This document shows positions 23,885 through 37,500 of a stretch of DNA of 64,000 nt, piece after piece. Position 1 is the stretch's first letter, and every line of letters starts with the position of its first letter. The translations under genes and the position numbers were made by a program. The notes beneath the pieces were generated by a model, which had not been told where the DNA came from, did not search any database, and saw only the letters and a program-made list of their open reading frames with translations. This DNA is from Heptranchias perlo (lineage: Eukaryota), in assembly GCF_035084215.1 (NCBI RefSeq), contig NW_027139581.1, forward strand, positions 3,534,001-3,598,000, in the 5' to 3' direction.

Positions 23885-25325
23885 TTGCCAGAGGATTGGA
23901 GGACTGCTAATGTTGCACTGTTGTTTGAAAAGGGACCGAAAGATAGGCCAGTCATTCTCACCTCGGTGGTGGGCAAATTATCGGAATCAATTCTGAAGGA
24001 CAGGATAAACTGTCATTTAAAAGGCACGGACTAATCAAGGACAGTCAGCACGGATTTGTTAAGGGGAGGTTGCGTCTGACTGACTTGAATGAATTTTTCG
24101 AGGAGGTGACAGGGAGGATCGATGAGGGTAGCGCAATTGATGTAGTCTACATGGATTTTAGCAAGGCTATTGACAAGGTCCCACATGGAAGATTGGTCAA
24201 AAAAGTAAAGGCCCATGGGTTCCAAGGGAATGTGGCAAATTGGATCCAAAATTGGCTCAGTTGCAGGGAGGAAAGGGTTAACGTCGACGGGTGTTTTTGT
24301 GACGAGAAGGCTGTTTCCAGTGGGGTGCCGCAGGGCTCCTGTATTAGGCTCTTTGCTTTTTCTGGTTTACATTAACGATTTGGGCTTAAACGTAGGGGGC
24401 ATGATTAAGAAATTTGCGGATGACACAAAGATAAGCCGTGCGGTTGACAGTGAGGAAGAAAGCTATAGACTGCAGGCAGATATCAATGGATGGTCAGATG
24501 GGCAGAAAAGTGGCAAATAGAATTCAATCCGGAGAATTGTGAGGTAATGCATTTGGAAAGGGCAAACAAGGCAAGGGAGTACACAATAAATAGGATGATA
24601 CTGAGAGGTGCAGAGGAATTGAGGGACCTTGGAGTGCATGTCCACAGATCTCTGAAGGTGGCAGGACAGGTGGATATAGTGGTTAAAAAGACATACGGAA
24701 TGCTTACCTTTATTAGCCGAGGCATAGAATGCAAAATCATGGATGTTATGGTAGAACTGTATAAAACACTAGTTAGGCCACAGCTTGAGTACTGCGCACA
24801 GTTCTGGTCACCAAATTACAGGAAGGATGGAATTGCACTAGAGAGGGTGCAGAGGAGATTTAGTAGGATGTTGCCAGGATTGGAGAATTTTAGCTCTGAT
24901 GACAGATTGGACAGGCTGGGGTTGTTTTCCTTGGAACAGAGGACGCTGAGGGTTGATTTGATTGAGGTGTACAAAATTATGAGGGGCCGAGAAAGAGTGG
25001 ATAGGAAGGACCTATTTCCCTCAGCGGAGGCGTCAATAAGCAAGGAGCATAGATTTAAAGTGATTGGTATTACTTTTAGGATTAGAGCGGAAATGAGGAA
25101 AAAAAATTCACCCAGAGGTTGGTGGGGGTCTCGAACTCACTGCCTGAAAGAGTTGTTTGAGGCAGAAACCCTTAACTCATTTCAACAATACCTGGATGTG
25201 CACCTGCAGAGCTGCGGACCAAATGCGGGAAAGTGGGATTAGGCCGGGTGTCTCGGTTCTCAGCCAGCGCAGACAGGAAAGGCCGAATGGCCTCCTTCTG
25301 TGCCATAAATTTTCAATGCTTCTAT
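23885..25325 (+). mobile_element. CR1 LINE RT-to-3'-end fragment
   Basis: YMDFSKAIDKVPH, KKFADDTK, 250-aa C-terminal ORF 24490-25242. Confidence 0.92.
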
Positions 25326-26159
25326 AAACAATAAAATGTATTGAGATATTGGAGCAGACTGTAAATATTGTATTGGACATTGAAATTCCTCCAAAGCCGA
25401 TGAATGAGATGAAGTGATAAAATAATGGGGTCACACTGGAACATAACAGGGGGTTGAAATTAAAGTAAAGAGGGGCATAGATATTTGGATTTTCAATGTG
25501 CAGGGTTAGGTTCCTTTGAGTTAAAAATTAAATTGGGCTGGGGGGAAATAATACTCAGCAAAAAATTATCCATAAGGTGGATATTAGCAACAGGATAACT
25601 GGAGAATCTTTAAAGTCCATGACTTCTTGATAATATGGCACACCTTAGTTTCCTGTACAGGGTATTATGATTTTCTTTGTCTATATCATAATGTATAATA
25701 TTAACCAAATGAAACTTGGAGCAATATGTACATGTCTTTCTGTGCTTATGTAAATCTGATGATGATAAAATATAAACTCGGGATGATCTTAGGCAGTGTG
25801 GTTTCACTCAGGTTCAAGAGGAGGGACTTTAAGAATATGGTTTAAAACTAGTTAAGTGTCCCACCTCGCATAGCTCGCATAATGCCCGAGACATTTAGCA
25901 AGAGGGTGATGTTGAGGGGGGCATGGTTCAGCATCTCAAGAGATGTGGTAACCAAAGACCTCCGCATTCCTCAGAGGAACAAATAGCTTGTAAACAGCGA
26001 TAAAGGTTAATAACTACTCATATCGGAATCACGTGGAAGTAATTATTGGAGGATTAAAAACCCCTTTGTTGCCACAGTAACAGAAAAATCTGCTAATATT
26101 GTGTATCATTTGTCGTTCGGGTTCTAATTATTTGTGGTGCATTGACCACATTAAACAGC

Positions 26160-26830
26160 TGACTGTTCGCAAACTTGGCGCCCGATTTGACCCTCAGCTG
26201 AGCTTCCAACCTCATGTCGTCTTCATCACCAAGACCGCCTACTTCCACTTCCGTCACATCGCCCGTCTCCGCCCTTGCCTCAGCTAACCATGTCTTTGTT
26301 ACCAATAGACTCAACTATTCCATTGATCTCCTGGATTATCTCGCACGTTGCACCCTCTGTAAACTTGAGCTCATCCAAAACTTTGTTGCCCATAACCTAT
26401 CTCGCACCAAGTCCCGTTCACCCATCACCCCTGTACTCGCTGACCCACATTGGCTCCCAATCCAACAATGCTTCTATGGCCTCACCCCTCCCTTTGTTTG
26501 TAACTTCCTCCAGCCCGAAAATCTCCTGGGATCTCTGTTCCTCTTGCGCATCCCCGATTTTAATCGCTCCACCATTGGCGGTCGTACCTTCGGCTGTCTA
26601 CGCCCTACACTGTGGAGTTCCCTCCCTAAACCTCTCTGCGTCTCTATCTCTCTCTCCTCCTTTAAGATGCTCCTTAAAACCTTCCTCTTTGATTAAGCTT
26701 TTGGTCACCTGTCCTGATATCTCCTTATGTGTCTTGGTGTCAAGTTGTGTTTGATAATCGCTTCTGTGAAGCGCCTTGTGGCGTTTTATTGCGTTAAAGG
26801 CGCCATATAAATGCAAGATGTTGTTGTTTG
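26160..26830 (+). mobile_element. L2-clade LINE 3' fragment
   Basis: ITKTAYFHFRHIARLRPCLS; tail GGCGCCATATAAATGCAAGATGTTGTTG. Confidence 0.85.
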
Positions 26831-26965
26831 TATTGTTAACAGAATTTAGCATGTGACTGCGGCGGACCATAACGTGAGAGGAGACTGCGAGGTGCGCCTG
26901 GTGACTGCACAGTCATTTCGCCTCTGGAGCTTGACATGAAAAGATAGAGGTCGCTTTTCTCTGAT

Positions 26966-27020
26966 GGGACACTAGGTGGCGCAGTGGGTCCTTAACTGAA
27001 GGGTCCTGGGTTCAAACACA
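26966..27020 (+). mobile_element. tRNA-derived SINE head (Pol III A and B boxes) overlapping a CTCF-like motif
   Basis: A box TGGCGCAGTGG 26977-26987, B box GGTTCAAAC 27009-27017; ACACTAGGTGGCGC 26969-26982. Confidence 0.5.
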
Positions 27021-27149
27021 ACCCAAACAGGACGGATGCAAAATATCTGTCAGGGAAAAAGAATTGATATCGGCAAAATGTAACAATGTGGCTTAATCTT
27101 GGAGAAAGAAATTCAGCAAAGTCCAAATTAGTCCATTTGTCATTCAAGA

Positions 27150-27155
27150 TTTATT
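27150..27155 (-). terminator. Candidate polyA signal of membrane IgM mRNA (alternative AATAAA at 27361-27366)
   Basis: TTTATT on the plus strand downstream of the TM2 stop. Confidence 0.55.
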
Positions 27156-27583
27156 AACAATTTAAAAGTTTACAATTTACAAAGAAGTTTTAAAAAGTTA
27201 ACACGAACTGAATGTAACAACTCAGTGTCACATTGAGAATAGAACAGAGCCGGTCTGAGCTGCCAGCTGTCTGCACAACTGCAACAGACAGCAGAGAAGG
27301 AAAACAGAGGCTCAACATAAAGGGAAGGAAACAATTGTGGATAAGAAATGAGAAAAAATATTTATTTACACATGAATTATTAAAACAAAGGTGAAAGGGG
27401 ACTCAAACTCTAAGAATCATTTACATTATAGCGATGGTTATCTCACACATTAATAAACATTTCAATCAGAAAGACGGAAATCCCGTTGATGTTTTTCTCA
27501 GCTATAGATGTCGATATATTAACTGACGGCGTTTCACTTTGAGATGTTAATAAACAGATGTGCAAAATCCGAAATTCAACCGA

Positions 27584-27592
27584 TCACTTTAC
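27584..27592 (-). CDS. IGHM: IgM TM2 exon (VK-stop)
   Basis: TTTTACAG|GTA AAG TGA completes the KVK cytoplasmic tail. Confidence 0.92.
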   Translation of the reverse strand, partial: VK

Positions 27593-27731
27593 CTGTAAAA
27601 GAGGGATAAAAGAATGAAGCAGATATTTAGTGGTCCGTGCATTTATCTCAGGGTTTTTATGAATGAAACTTTTAGAGGCTTTTCAAACCGCTTCATTCAG
27701 ATCAAAGTGTCACTGGATTGAATCTTCTCAC

Positions 27732-27859
27732 CTTCACCAGAGTGACGACAGCGCTGTAGAAAATGCTCAGGAAGAACAGAATGATGAATGTGGAAGCGGT
27801 TGTCCAGATGTTGCCGCTCTCTTCCTCATAGTCTTCGACCCAGACCTGGTTTATGGAAT
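27732..27859 (-). CDS. IGHM: IgM TM1 exon
   Basis: CCGTAG|(D)SINQVWVEDYEEESGNIWTTASTFIILFFLSIFYSAVVTLVK|GTGAGA; conserved antigen-receptor TM motif (WTTASTF..LF.LS.FYS..VTLVK). Confidence 0.96.
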
Positions 27860-29286
27860 CTACGGGGATGGAGAGGAGGAAATATATTCAGATCGTTTAT
27901 TAAACCAGGATATATTATTATTATTTATTTCTTTCTTTCCTCACTGTATTATTTTGGTCTCTAATTTAATTTCCAAGGTGTATCTTTTGTTCAGTTAATC
28001 CCGCTCAGTAATCTGTCTCTGTTCCTAACTTCACAGCCTCGCTTCCTTTATGATCCTCATACATTCCGTGTTGGTAAAGGTGATTTTTTTTCTTAATTGT
28101 CAGACACTAATGTATTTTCAATCGATTTCGTAGATCGATCATTCGGGGATATTATGGTGAGATATCGAGGGATGTTCAGTGATTTATGTCGATTATTTTA
28201 TCGATAGGTTTCGATATCTCCTATTTGACGGCTGGCATGGTGCTGGGTAAGAGATCGGATGTTAGTTCCAATCTTGGTCGTTTATTTGTGATGGAAATAC
28301 TTTGAACATTATCTATCTGTATCAGTTTCCAACTGAGATAATTGCTTCAGTGCATGTATAGGGAGCAGGAAGATGTTATGGTATCAAAGTTTCTCAGAAT
28401 ACCAAGAACTGGGTTTTAGAAAATCGGTCCATTTCTTGTATTTTTAACGATCAGTTCAGTGAGATTAGTTAGTTTTCCCACTTCAGGATATGAAAGTGGC
28501 TTTTCCCGGCTGTCAGAAATTCGGACAGCTCTGGGCACGGCCTGTGACAATGAACGACCACCTGCTCTGGAATATTGATCTCCAGCGGTTTCCAATGTGC
28601 TCTGTTTCAGGGACAAAGTGTGGGTGCAATCGTTATCACCTCAAAGACTAGGTCAATGTAGTTTAGATTATTGACGCTAAACCTCTCATCTCAAGTTTAG
28701 TCAGGCAATGTTTTCTCAATCCCCCTGAATAGATATTTTTATTCATAAATAGTTATTTAATAAGTTGATTTATTTGATGTAAAGCGACGTTTATATTTGC
28801 AGACCATGTGGTTCTGTTATTTAGAAACTGACTGCCCGCTGGTCCCGGGGGTTCGTGGACAACAGAAGGGCAGTGTCTGTCTCTCTTTCATGAGGACAGG
28901 AGAGATGGTCTGTGCCGACCAATGCCCTTCCGTCACTACTGTCTACATTCAATGCAGTGAAGATAGAAATGCAACATTTTATTGGATAGAAATGATCCTC
29001 TGCATGTTGCTTTAATGGTCTTCTGTTAAATTAGTTGGAGTGGCCTCACAATAGTTCCCAACGGGCATCATCTAACAGCGCAAAACTGGCTTCAATCGGA
29101 AGAAATCGGTGTAATGACGAAGAGAAGCCGCAATGTATTGTTTTTGTGGGAATTGGAAACAGCCATTGTGTTGTGTTTGGAAGCGGTTTTCTTATATTAG
29201 GGTTAAGGGGTCTGGTAGTGGAAGCACCTTTAGTCTGCATTTAGCTTGTGCTGTAAATAAGCTCGAAGGGCGGAATATCGAAGGTT

Positions 29287-29655
29287 AACGGGTGATTTGA
29301 ATGAGATTTTTAAGATTTTGAAAGGAATTGATAGGGTAGATAGAGAGAAGAATTTCCCGCTGGCGGGGGAGTCTAGGACAAGGGGACATAACCTTAAAAT
29401 CAGAGCCAGGCCATTCAGGAGAGACGTTCGGAAACATTTCTTCACACACCGGGTGGGAGAAGTGTGGAACTCTCTCCCACAAAAAGCAGTCGATGCTCAA
29501 TTAATAATTTTAAAGCTGATTTATTTTTGCTAACCAAGGGTATTAAGGGATCTGGAGCCAAGGCGGGTGGATGGAGTTAGGATACAGATCAGCCATGATC
29601 TCAATGAATGGGGGAACAGGCTCGAAGGGCTGAATGGCCTCCTCCTGTTCTTGCG
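29287..29655 (+). mobile_element. CR1 3' fragment between the secretory polyA site and TM1
   Basis: FKILKGIDRVDREKNFPLAGESRTRGH. Confidence 0.85.
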
Positions 29656-29764
29656 TTCCAACGGAATGTTGGCGCATTGGGTCTCCAAAGGGAACATATC
29701 CTGCTCCCGACCAACAAAAATAATTCAATTCCCATACATTTGACTCGTTAACAGAAAAAGGGTC

Positions 29765-29770
29765 TTTATT
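29765..29770 (-). terminator. PolyA signal of secreted IgM mRNA
   Basis: AATAAA 33 nt after the tailpiece stop codon. Confidence 0.85.
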
Positions 29771-29803
29771 TGCTGTTAATTAAGGAATGGAAATGAGATA
29801 ATC

Positions 29804-30195
29804 TCATTGACAAGAATTCACGGTGTCCATCAGTACAAGGGAAATGTTCACAAAACTCGGTTTACCGCTCGATTTATTAACCGTTCTGCTCATTATCTTC
29901 AAGGGAATGGCTTCATGTCCGACCACACAGGAGTAAGAAGCACCGCTGGTCCAATCCTCCGTCTTAATGGATAACATGCTGTACATGAAGAAGGAGCTAC
30001 TCTCGTTCTCCGCCATCACCTCAGTGTTCTTGTAGCCGCTGGAATTCAGCGTCTTGTTATTAACGGTCCACTTGACAAAGATCTCTCTGGGAGAGAAACC
30101 TCTCACTAAGCAGGTGAGGGTCATAGACCGCTGAGCGGAGATTTCTTCTGCTAACGGGAGGAGGACAAACACAGACGGTTCCTGTGGATTTGGAT
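29804..30195 (-). CDS. IGHM: IgM CH4 exon with secretory tailpiece; internal G|GTAAAC donor at 29866/29865 for the membrane form
   Basis: (D)[73 protein letters not shown]; tailpiece N-glycan sequon and penultimate Cys. Confidence 0.97.
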
Positions 30196-30564
30196 CTACA
30201 GAAAAAAATGTTTGGATATTAATAAGTGAGAGGCGATCATAGAGGGAATAAAGCGCAGCTTTAGGTTGTGAAGATTCACTTTGCACTCCGAGATATCGTC
30301 CCCTTGCCTAATTTTAAAAACTCTGTTTGTTGCTTTGTGCACGAGTCACTTAAGGTGACATCTCTCCTCTCCTCTACGTGCCTTGAGAAGGCCATCGTTT
30401 GAGAAATGTAACTGAGTGGCTTGTAGATAATTTGAGAGGACAACTACATCGTCCTGGAGCAAAGCCACATGTGGCGAAGATCGCATAGGGGTGATAGCCT
30501 CCCTTCGGATATGGACAGTGAAAGGACAATGGAAAAAGAGTTCGGATTTTTAACGGTCAGTTCA

Positions 30565-33500
30565 GGAACATAGGAACAGCAGGAGGCCATTCAGGCCATC
30601 GAGTCTGTTCCGCCATTCAATTATAACATGGCTGATCTGTTTCTCAACTGCATTTACTCGCTTGGTTCAATATCTCTCAATACCCTTTATCACAGTATCA
30701 TAATATAGTACAGCACAGAAGGAGGCCATTCGGCCCAACGTACCTATTCCGGCTCTTTGAATGCGCTATCCAATTATTCCCATTACCCTGCTCTTTCCCG
30801 ATAGCTGTCTATTTTTTCCCTTCAAGTATTTAACCAATTCCCTTTTGAAAGTTACGATTGAATCTGCTTCCACCACCCTTTCAGGCAGAACATTCAGATC
30901 ATTACATCTCGGTGCGAAAAAAATGTTTCCTCATGTCGCCTCTGGCTCTTTTGCCAACCACTTTAAATCTGTATCCTCTGGTAACCAAACCTTCTGCCAC
31001 TGGAAACAGTTTCTCCTTATTTACCTGATCAAAACCCTTCATGATTTTGAATACCTCCATAACATCTCCCCTTAACATTTTCTGTTCCAAGGAGAACAAT
31101 CCCGGCCTCTCCAGTCTCCAAATAACTGAAATCTCTCATCCCTGCTGCCATTCTAGTAAATCTCGTCTGCACCCTCTCTAAGGCCTTGACATCCTTTCTA
31201 AAGTGTGGTGCCAAGAATTGAACACAATACTCCAGCTGAAACCTAACCAATGATTTATAAAGATTTAGCGTAACTTATTTGCTTCTGTGCTCTGTGCCTC
31301 TATTACAAAAGCCGAGGATCACATATGGTTTATTAACAGCATTCTCAACTTCTCCTTCCACCTTCAAAGATTTCTGTACGTACACCCCCAGGTCTCTCTG
31401 TTCCTGCACTCCCTTTAAAATTCTACCATTTAGTTTATATTGTGTCTCTTCATTCTTCCTCCCAAAGAATGCATCACTTCATACTTCTCTGCGTTAAATT
31501 ACATCTGCCATGTCTCTGCACATTTCACCAGTTTGTCTATGTCCTCCTAAAGTTAGTTACTATCCTTCACATTATTTACATTTCCGAGTTTCGTGTCATC
31601 AGCAAACTTTGTAATTGTACCCAGTATACCCAAGTCCATGTCATGCTGATTCCTGGAGAACACCACTCTATACTTCCCTCCAGTCTGAGAAACTATCGTT
31701 CAACACTACTCTTTGCTTTCTGTCCCTTAGCGACAAAGGAAAGAAAAGTGGATGAGTTCCTGCGGTCAGTGTTTCAGGAGCGAGGGAGGAAGTTGAAAAG
31801 CAAGACCTCAAAGGTAGTAATCTCTGGATTACTCCCAGTGCCACCCGCTAGTGAGTCCAGAAATTGGAAGATAAGGCAGGTTAATTCGTGGCTGCAGACA
31901 TGGCTCAGGATGGATGGCTTCAGAGTCTTGGGGCAGTGGGACCAGTTTTGGGACCGGAGTGCAAGGGTGGTGGAAGCAGATTCAATCGTGGCTTTTAAAA
32001 AGGAATTGGACAAATACTTCAAGGGAAAAAATTGCACTGGTACTGGGCAAGCGTAGGCTAAATGGGACTAAGTGGATTTCTCTTATAAAGAGCCGGCAGG
32101 GGCACGATGGGCCGAATGGCTTCAATCTGAGCTGGAACCATTCTATGATTAGACAATTTTGTATCCACGCTGCCGCTTTCTCTTTAATCCCGGGGGCTTT
32201 AATTTCGCTTACAAGTCTATTATGTGGTACTTTATCAAATGCCTTCTGGAAGTCCATATACACAACATCAACCACATTACACTCATTAACCCTTCCCGTT
32301 ACTTCATCAAAGAGCTCAATCAAGTTATCAAACACGATTTTCCTTTAACAAATCCGTGCTGAATTTTCCAAGTGCCAATTAATTTTGTCCCGGATTATTC
32401 TCTCTAAAAGTTTCCCCACCACCGACATTCGGCTGACTGGTCTGTAACTGCCGGGTTTACCTTTTTGAACAAGTCTGTAACATTTGCAATCCTCCAGTCC
32501 TCCGGTGCCATTCCCATATCTAAGGAGGATCGGAAATTGTGGTGAGAGCCTCCGTAATTTCCACCCTTACTTCCCTCAGAAACCTCGGTTGCATCCCATC
32601 TGGACCGGGTGACTTTTCTACTTTGAGTACTGCCAATCTTTTAAGTACCTCGTCTATCTATTTTTATCCTATCCCATATCGCTACTGACCCCCTTTTACT
32701 GTTACAGTGGCAGCATCCTTTTCTCTAGTGAAGACCAATGCGGTGCATTCATTTAGTACCTCAGCCCTGCCCTCTTCCTCCACAAGAAGATCTCTTTTTT
32801 TTGTCCCTAATCGGTCCCACCCTTCCTTTCACTACCCTTTTACAATTTACATCTTTATAAAAACGTTTGGGTTCCCTTTTATGCTGGCCGCTAATCTATT
32901 CTCATATTCTCTTTGCCGCTCTTATTTCCTTTTTAAATCTCCTCTGTACTTTCTGTATTCAACTTAGTCCTAAATTGTATTATGTGCCTTACATTTGTCA
33001 TAAACCTCCTTTTTCTGTTTCATTGTAATCTCTATATCTTTAGTCATCAAATGAGCTCTAGTTTTGGATGCCCTTCCTTTCCCCCTCGTGGGACTGGATG
33101 TGAACCATTTCCTCATTGAAGGCCTCCCATTCTTCAATTACTATTTTGCAAACCAATCTTTGATTCCGATCCCTTTGTAACTCACTGAAATTAGCCCTCC
33201 TCCAGTTAAATATTTTCACATTAGATTGTCATTTTCCATGACTATTCTAAATCTCATGATATTATGATCACTGTTCCCCAAATGCTCCCCCACTGAATCA
33301 TGCTTCACTTCATTCCCAGAACTAGATCCAGCATTGCTTCCTTCCCCGCTGGGCTGGAAACACATTGTTCAACAAAGTTCTCTTGTACACATTTCAGGAA
33401 TTCCTTCCCGTCTTTGCCCGATACATTGTTGCTGTCCCAGCCTATATTGGGATAATGGAAGGCCCCCCATTATCACTAATCTATCGTTCTTGCATCTTCC

Positions 33501-36500
33501 CGTAATTTGCCTGCAAATTTGTTCCTGTATCTCCTTCCCATTATCTGGTGGCCTATAGTACACACCCAGTAGTGAAATAGCTCCTCCATTGTTCTTTAAT
33601 TTTAACCAAATGGATTTTGTCTTTGACACCCCCTCACCTTTATCATCACTTTCCAGTGCTATAATAGTTTAATTGATCAATACTGCCACACCTCCTTTCT
33701 TTCCTTCACTATCTTTCCTGAATACAGTGTAGACAGGAATATAAAGTACCCATTCCCCCCAACCTTTGAGCCATGTCTCTGCCATTGTCTCTATATCACA
33801 GTCCCATGTGGCAACTTGAGCCTGCAGCTCACCAACCTTATTTACCACGCCACGTGCATTTACACACATGCACTCCAAGCTCATCTTAGACTGCCTAATT
33901 TCCCCCTGTCTGATCCATCCTATTTCTGAAGTACTCTTTGCTCAAGTGCTATTTGTCCCTCCCAGTCCTCTGTGCACCTTGCTTCTTCTCTATAATGTTT
34001 CATCCTGGTGCCCACCCTATTGTCAAATTTGTTTAAACCCTCGCCCATAGCAGCAGTTAACTTCCCAGCTCTGTTGAGGTGCAACCCGTCCATCTTGATC
34101 GGATCCCTCCTGCCTCACAACTGCTCCCAATGTCCCAGGTATCTGAAACCCACACTCCTGCACCATTTCTCCAGCCACGCATTAGCAAATCTTATTCGGC
34201 CAGTCCTATACTCACTAGCGCTTGGCTCTGGGAGTAATCCAGATTTTACTACCTTTGAGGTGCTACTTTTGAACTTCCTCCCTAGCTCCTGAAACTCTGA
34301 CTGCAGGAACTTTTCCTTCCTATGTCATCGGTTCCCACATGGACCATGATTTCTGGCTGTTCCCCTTCCCTCCTCAAAAGGTCCCGCATCTCTCAATGTT
34401 GTCCTTTACCCTGGCACCAGGGAGACAACACACATACAGGACTCATGTTGGCCCTTGCAGAAACGCCGGTCTATCTCCCTGAACACAATAATATAAGAAC
34501 ATAAGAAATACGAGCAGGAGTAGGCCATACGGACTCCCGAACCAGCTCCAACATTCAATAAGATCATGGCTGATCTTCAACCTCAACTCCACTTTCCAGC
34601 CCGATCCCCATATCCCTTGAATCATAGAAACATAGAAAATAGGAGCAAGAGTAGGCCATTCGGCCCTTCGGGCCTGCTCTGTCATGAAAATGATAATAGC
34701 CGATCGTCTAACTCAGTGCCCTGTTCCTGCTTTATCCCCATATCCCTTGATCCCTTTAACGTTAACACATATATCGATCTCCTTCTTGAATACATCTGAT
34801 GACTTGGCCTCTACTGCCCTCTGTGGTAGAAAATTCCACAGGTTCACCAACCTCTGATTGAAAAAATGTCTCCTCACCCCGGTGAGAAGTGGTATACCCC
34901 GTATCCTGAGTCTGTGACCCCTGGTTCTGGACTCCCCAGCAATCGGGAACATCCTCCCTGCATCAAGTCTGTCTAGTCCTGTTAGAATTTTGTATTTTTC
35001 GATGAGATCATCTCTCATTCTTCTAAACTCTGGTGAATATAGGCCGAGTCATTCCAATCCCTCCTCATCCTGCCATCAATCCTGCCATCCCAGGAATCAG
35101 TCTGGTAAACCTTCGTTGCACTCCCTCCATGGAAAGGACATCCTTCCTCAGATAAGGAGACCAAAACTGCACACAATACTCCAGATGTGGTCTCACCAAG
35201 GCCCCGTATAACTATAGTGAGATATCCCTGCTCCTGTACTCAAATGCTCGCTTTTAGCGACTGGTGTGCAAGGACACCCAGGTCTCGTTGCACCTCCCCT
35301 TTTCCCAAACTATCACCATTCAGATAATCATCTGCCTTTCTGTTTTTACAACCAAAGTTGATAACCTCACATTTATCCACGTTATACTGCATCCGCCATG
35401 TTCTTGCCCACTCACCCAACTTGTCTAAATCACTCTTTGCATCCTCCTTACAGCTCTCATTCCACCCCAGCTTGGTATCGTCTGCAAACTTGGAAATGTT
35501 ACATTTAGTTCCCTCATCCAAATCATTGATATATATTGTGAATAGCTTGGGCCCAAGCACTGTTCCCTGCGATACCTCACTAGTCACTGCCTGGCACCCG
35601 GAAAAAGACCCGTTTATTCCTATTCTCTGTTTCCTGTCTGTCAAACAATTCTCGATCCATGCCAATATATTCCCCCCAATCCCATGTGCTTTAATTTTGC
35701 ACACTAACCTCTTGTGTGGCACCTTATCAAAAGCCTTCTGAAAATCCAAATACACCACATCTACTGGTTCTCCCTTATCTATTCTGCTGGTTACATCCTC
35801 AAAAAACTCCAGTAGATTTGTTAAGCATGATTTCCCTTTCATAAACCAATACTGACTTTGTCCATTCACGTGAATGCCTTCCAAGTATTCTGTTGTCACA
35901 TCTTTCATAATAGACGATAGCATTTTTCCCACTGTTGATGTTACGCTAACTGGTCTGTAATTCCCTGTTTTTTCTCTCCCTCCTGTTTGAAATAGTGGGG
36001 TTACATTTGCCAGCCTCCAGCTGTAGGAACTGTTCCAGAGTCTATAGAATTTTGGAAGATGATCACCAATGCATCCACTATTTCAAGGGCCACTTCCTTT
36101 ATTACTCTGGGATGCAGATTATCAGGCCCTGGGGATTTGTCAGCCTTTAGCCCAAATAATTTCCGAAGCACATTATCTTTTTACCAATAATTCCCCCAGA
36201 GTCCAAAAATCTATCTATCTCAGCCTTGAATATATTCAACGACTCAACATCCACATTCCTCTGGGGTAGAGAATTTCACAGATTCACAACCCTCTGAGTG
36301 AAGAAATTCCACCTCACCTCAGTCTTAAATGGTCGACCCCTTATCCTGAGTCTATGCCGCTTAGCTCCAGCCAGGGGAAACAACCTCTCAGCATCTACCC
36401 TGTCAAGCCCCCTCAGAATCTTATATTTTTCAATGAGATCACCTCTCATTCTTCTAAAATCCAGAGAGTATAAGGCCATTGTACTCAATCTCTCCTCACA

Positions 36501-36920
36501 GGACAACCCTCTCCTCCCAGGAATCAATCCAGTGAATCTTCTTTGCACCGCATCAAAGGCAAGTTTATCCTTCCTCAGATAAGCAGACCGAAACTGTACG
36601 CAATACTCCAGGTGAGGTCTCAACAAAGCCCTGTACAATTTTAGTAAGACTATTGAACCCCCTATAACAACTGCATTTCGCTCGCTCGCAGTTCAGCCGA
36701 GTCTCCCGTGGTGCAGTGGATTTGCTCCGGATTGCACGTAATCCAGCAACAAACTATTAATCTCAGTTTTGAAATTTCCAATTGACCTCCAGCCTCACCA
36801 GCTTTTTTGGGGAGAGAGTTCCAGATTCCCACTGCCGTTTGTATGAAGAAATGTTCCCTCGCATCACCCCTGAACGACCTAGCTCTAATATTAAGGTTAT
36901 GGCCCCTTGTTCTGGACTCC
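30565..36920 (-). mobile_element. Stack of CR1 elements in the CH3-CH4 intron, including one near-full-length copy (~30690-34490)
   Basis: ORF1 esterase-like segment (~34080-34480), endonuclease (CVNARGVVNK..ETWL, GVYYRPP), RT motifs, several 3' tails; small plus-strand insert 31731-32150. Confidence 0.88.
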
Positions 36921-37104
36921 CTCAGTTTCTCCGGTGTCAGCCAGCGAATTTACAGGATTATTGAGTTCAATTTCGCTACTTGCCATGGTGGGGGTAAAAG
37001 AGTTTCCTCTAATCCAAGCTCTGCAGAGGGGACCGAGAAGTGAGAAAAGCCTTTCGTTCGGAATAAAAGAGTTTCCTCTCCATTTTATCCATTTACCAAC
37101 TTTA

Positions 37105-37500
37105 TTGTTTATTCATTCCCGGGATGTGGGCGCCTCTCGTGAGGTCGGCTTTTATTGCCCATCCATAGTTGTCCTTGAGAAAGTGATGGTGAGCCTTCTG
37201 CTTGACCCGCTACAGTCCGTATAGTGAAGGTACTCCCACAGTGCTGTTAGGAGGGAGTTCCGGAAATTTGAATGGGACAATGAAGGAATGGCGATATTTG
37301 CCCAAATCGGGATGAGTTGTGATTTTAAGGTGAACTTGGAGGTGATGGTGTTCCCATGCACCTGTTGGTAGGGGCCGCGGGTTTGGGAGGTGCTGCCAAA
37401 GAAGCGTGCACGAGTTGCTGCAGTGTATCCTGTAGATGGTACACATTGCAACCACAGTGAGCCGGTGGTGGAGGGAATGAATGTTTAAGGTGGTGGATGG
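37105..37500 (-). mobile_element. CR1-clade LINE 3' fragment (same family as 2085-3014)
   Basis: CTIYRIHCSNSCTLLWQHLPNPRPLP. Confidence 0.8.

Noticed and set aside
22910-25325. Head-to-head CR1 pair as a twin-priming inversion
   Set aside because: Both pieces have their own 3' tails and overlap in element coordinates, so two independent insertions is simpler
27663-27998. 111-aa plus-strand ORF
   Set aside because: Antisense to the IgM TM1 exon
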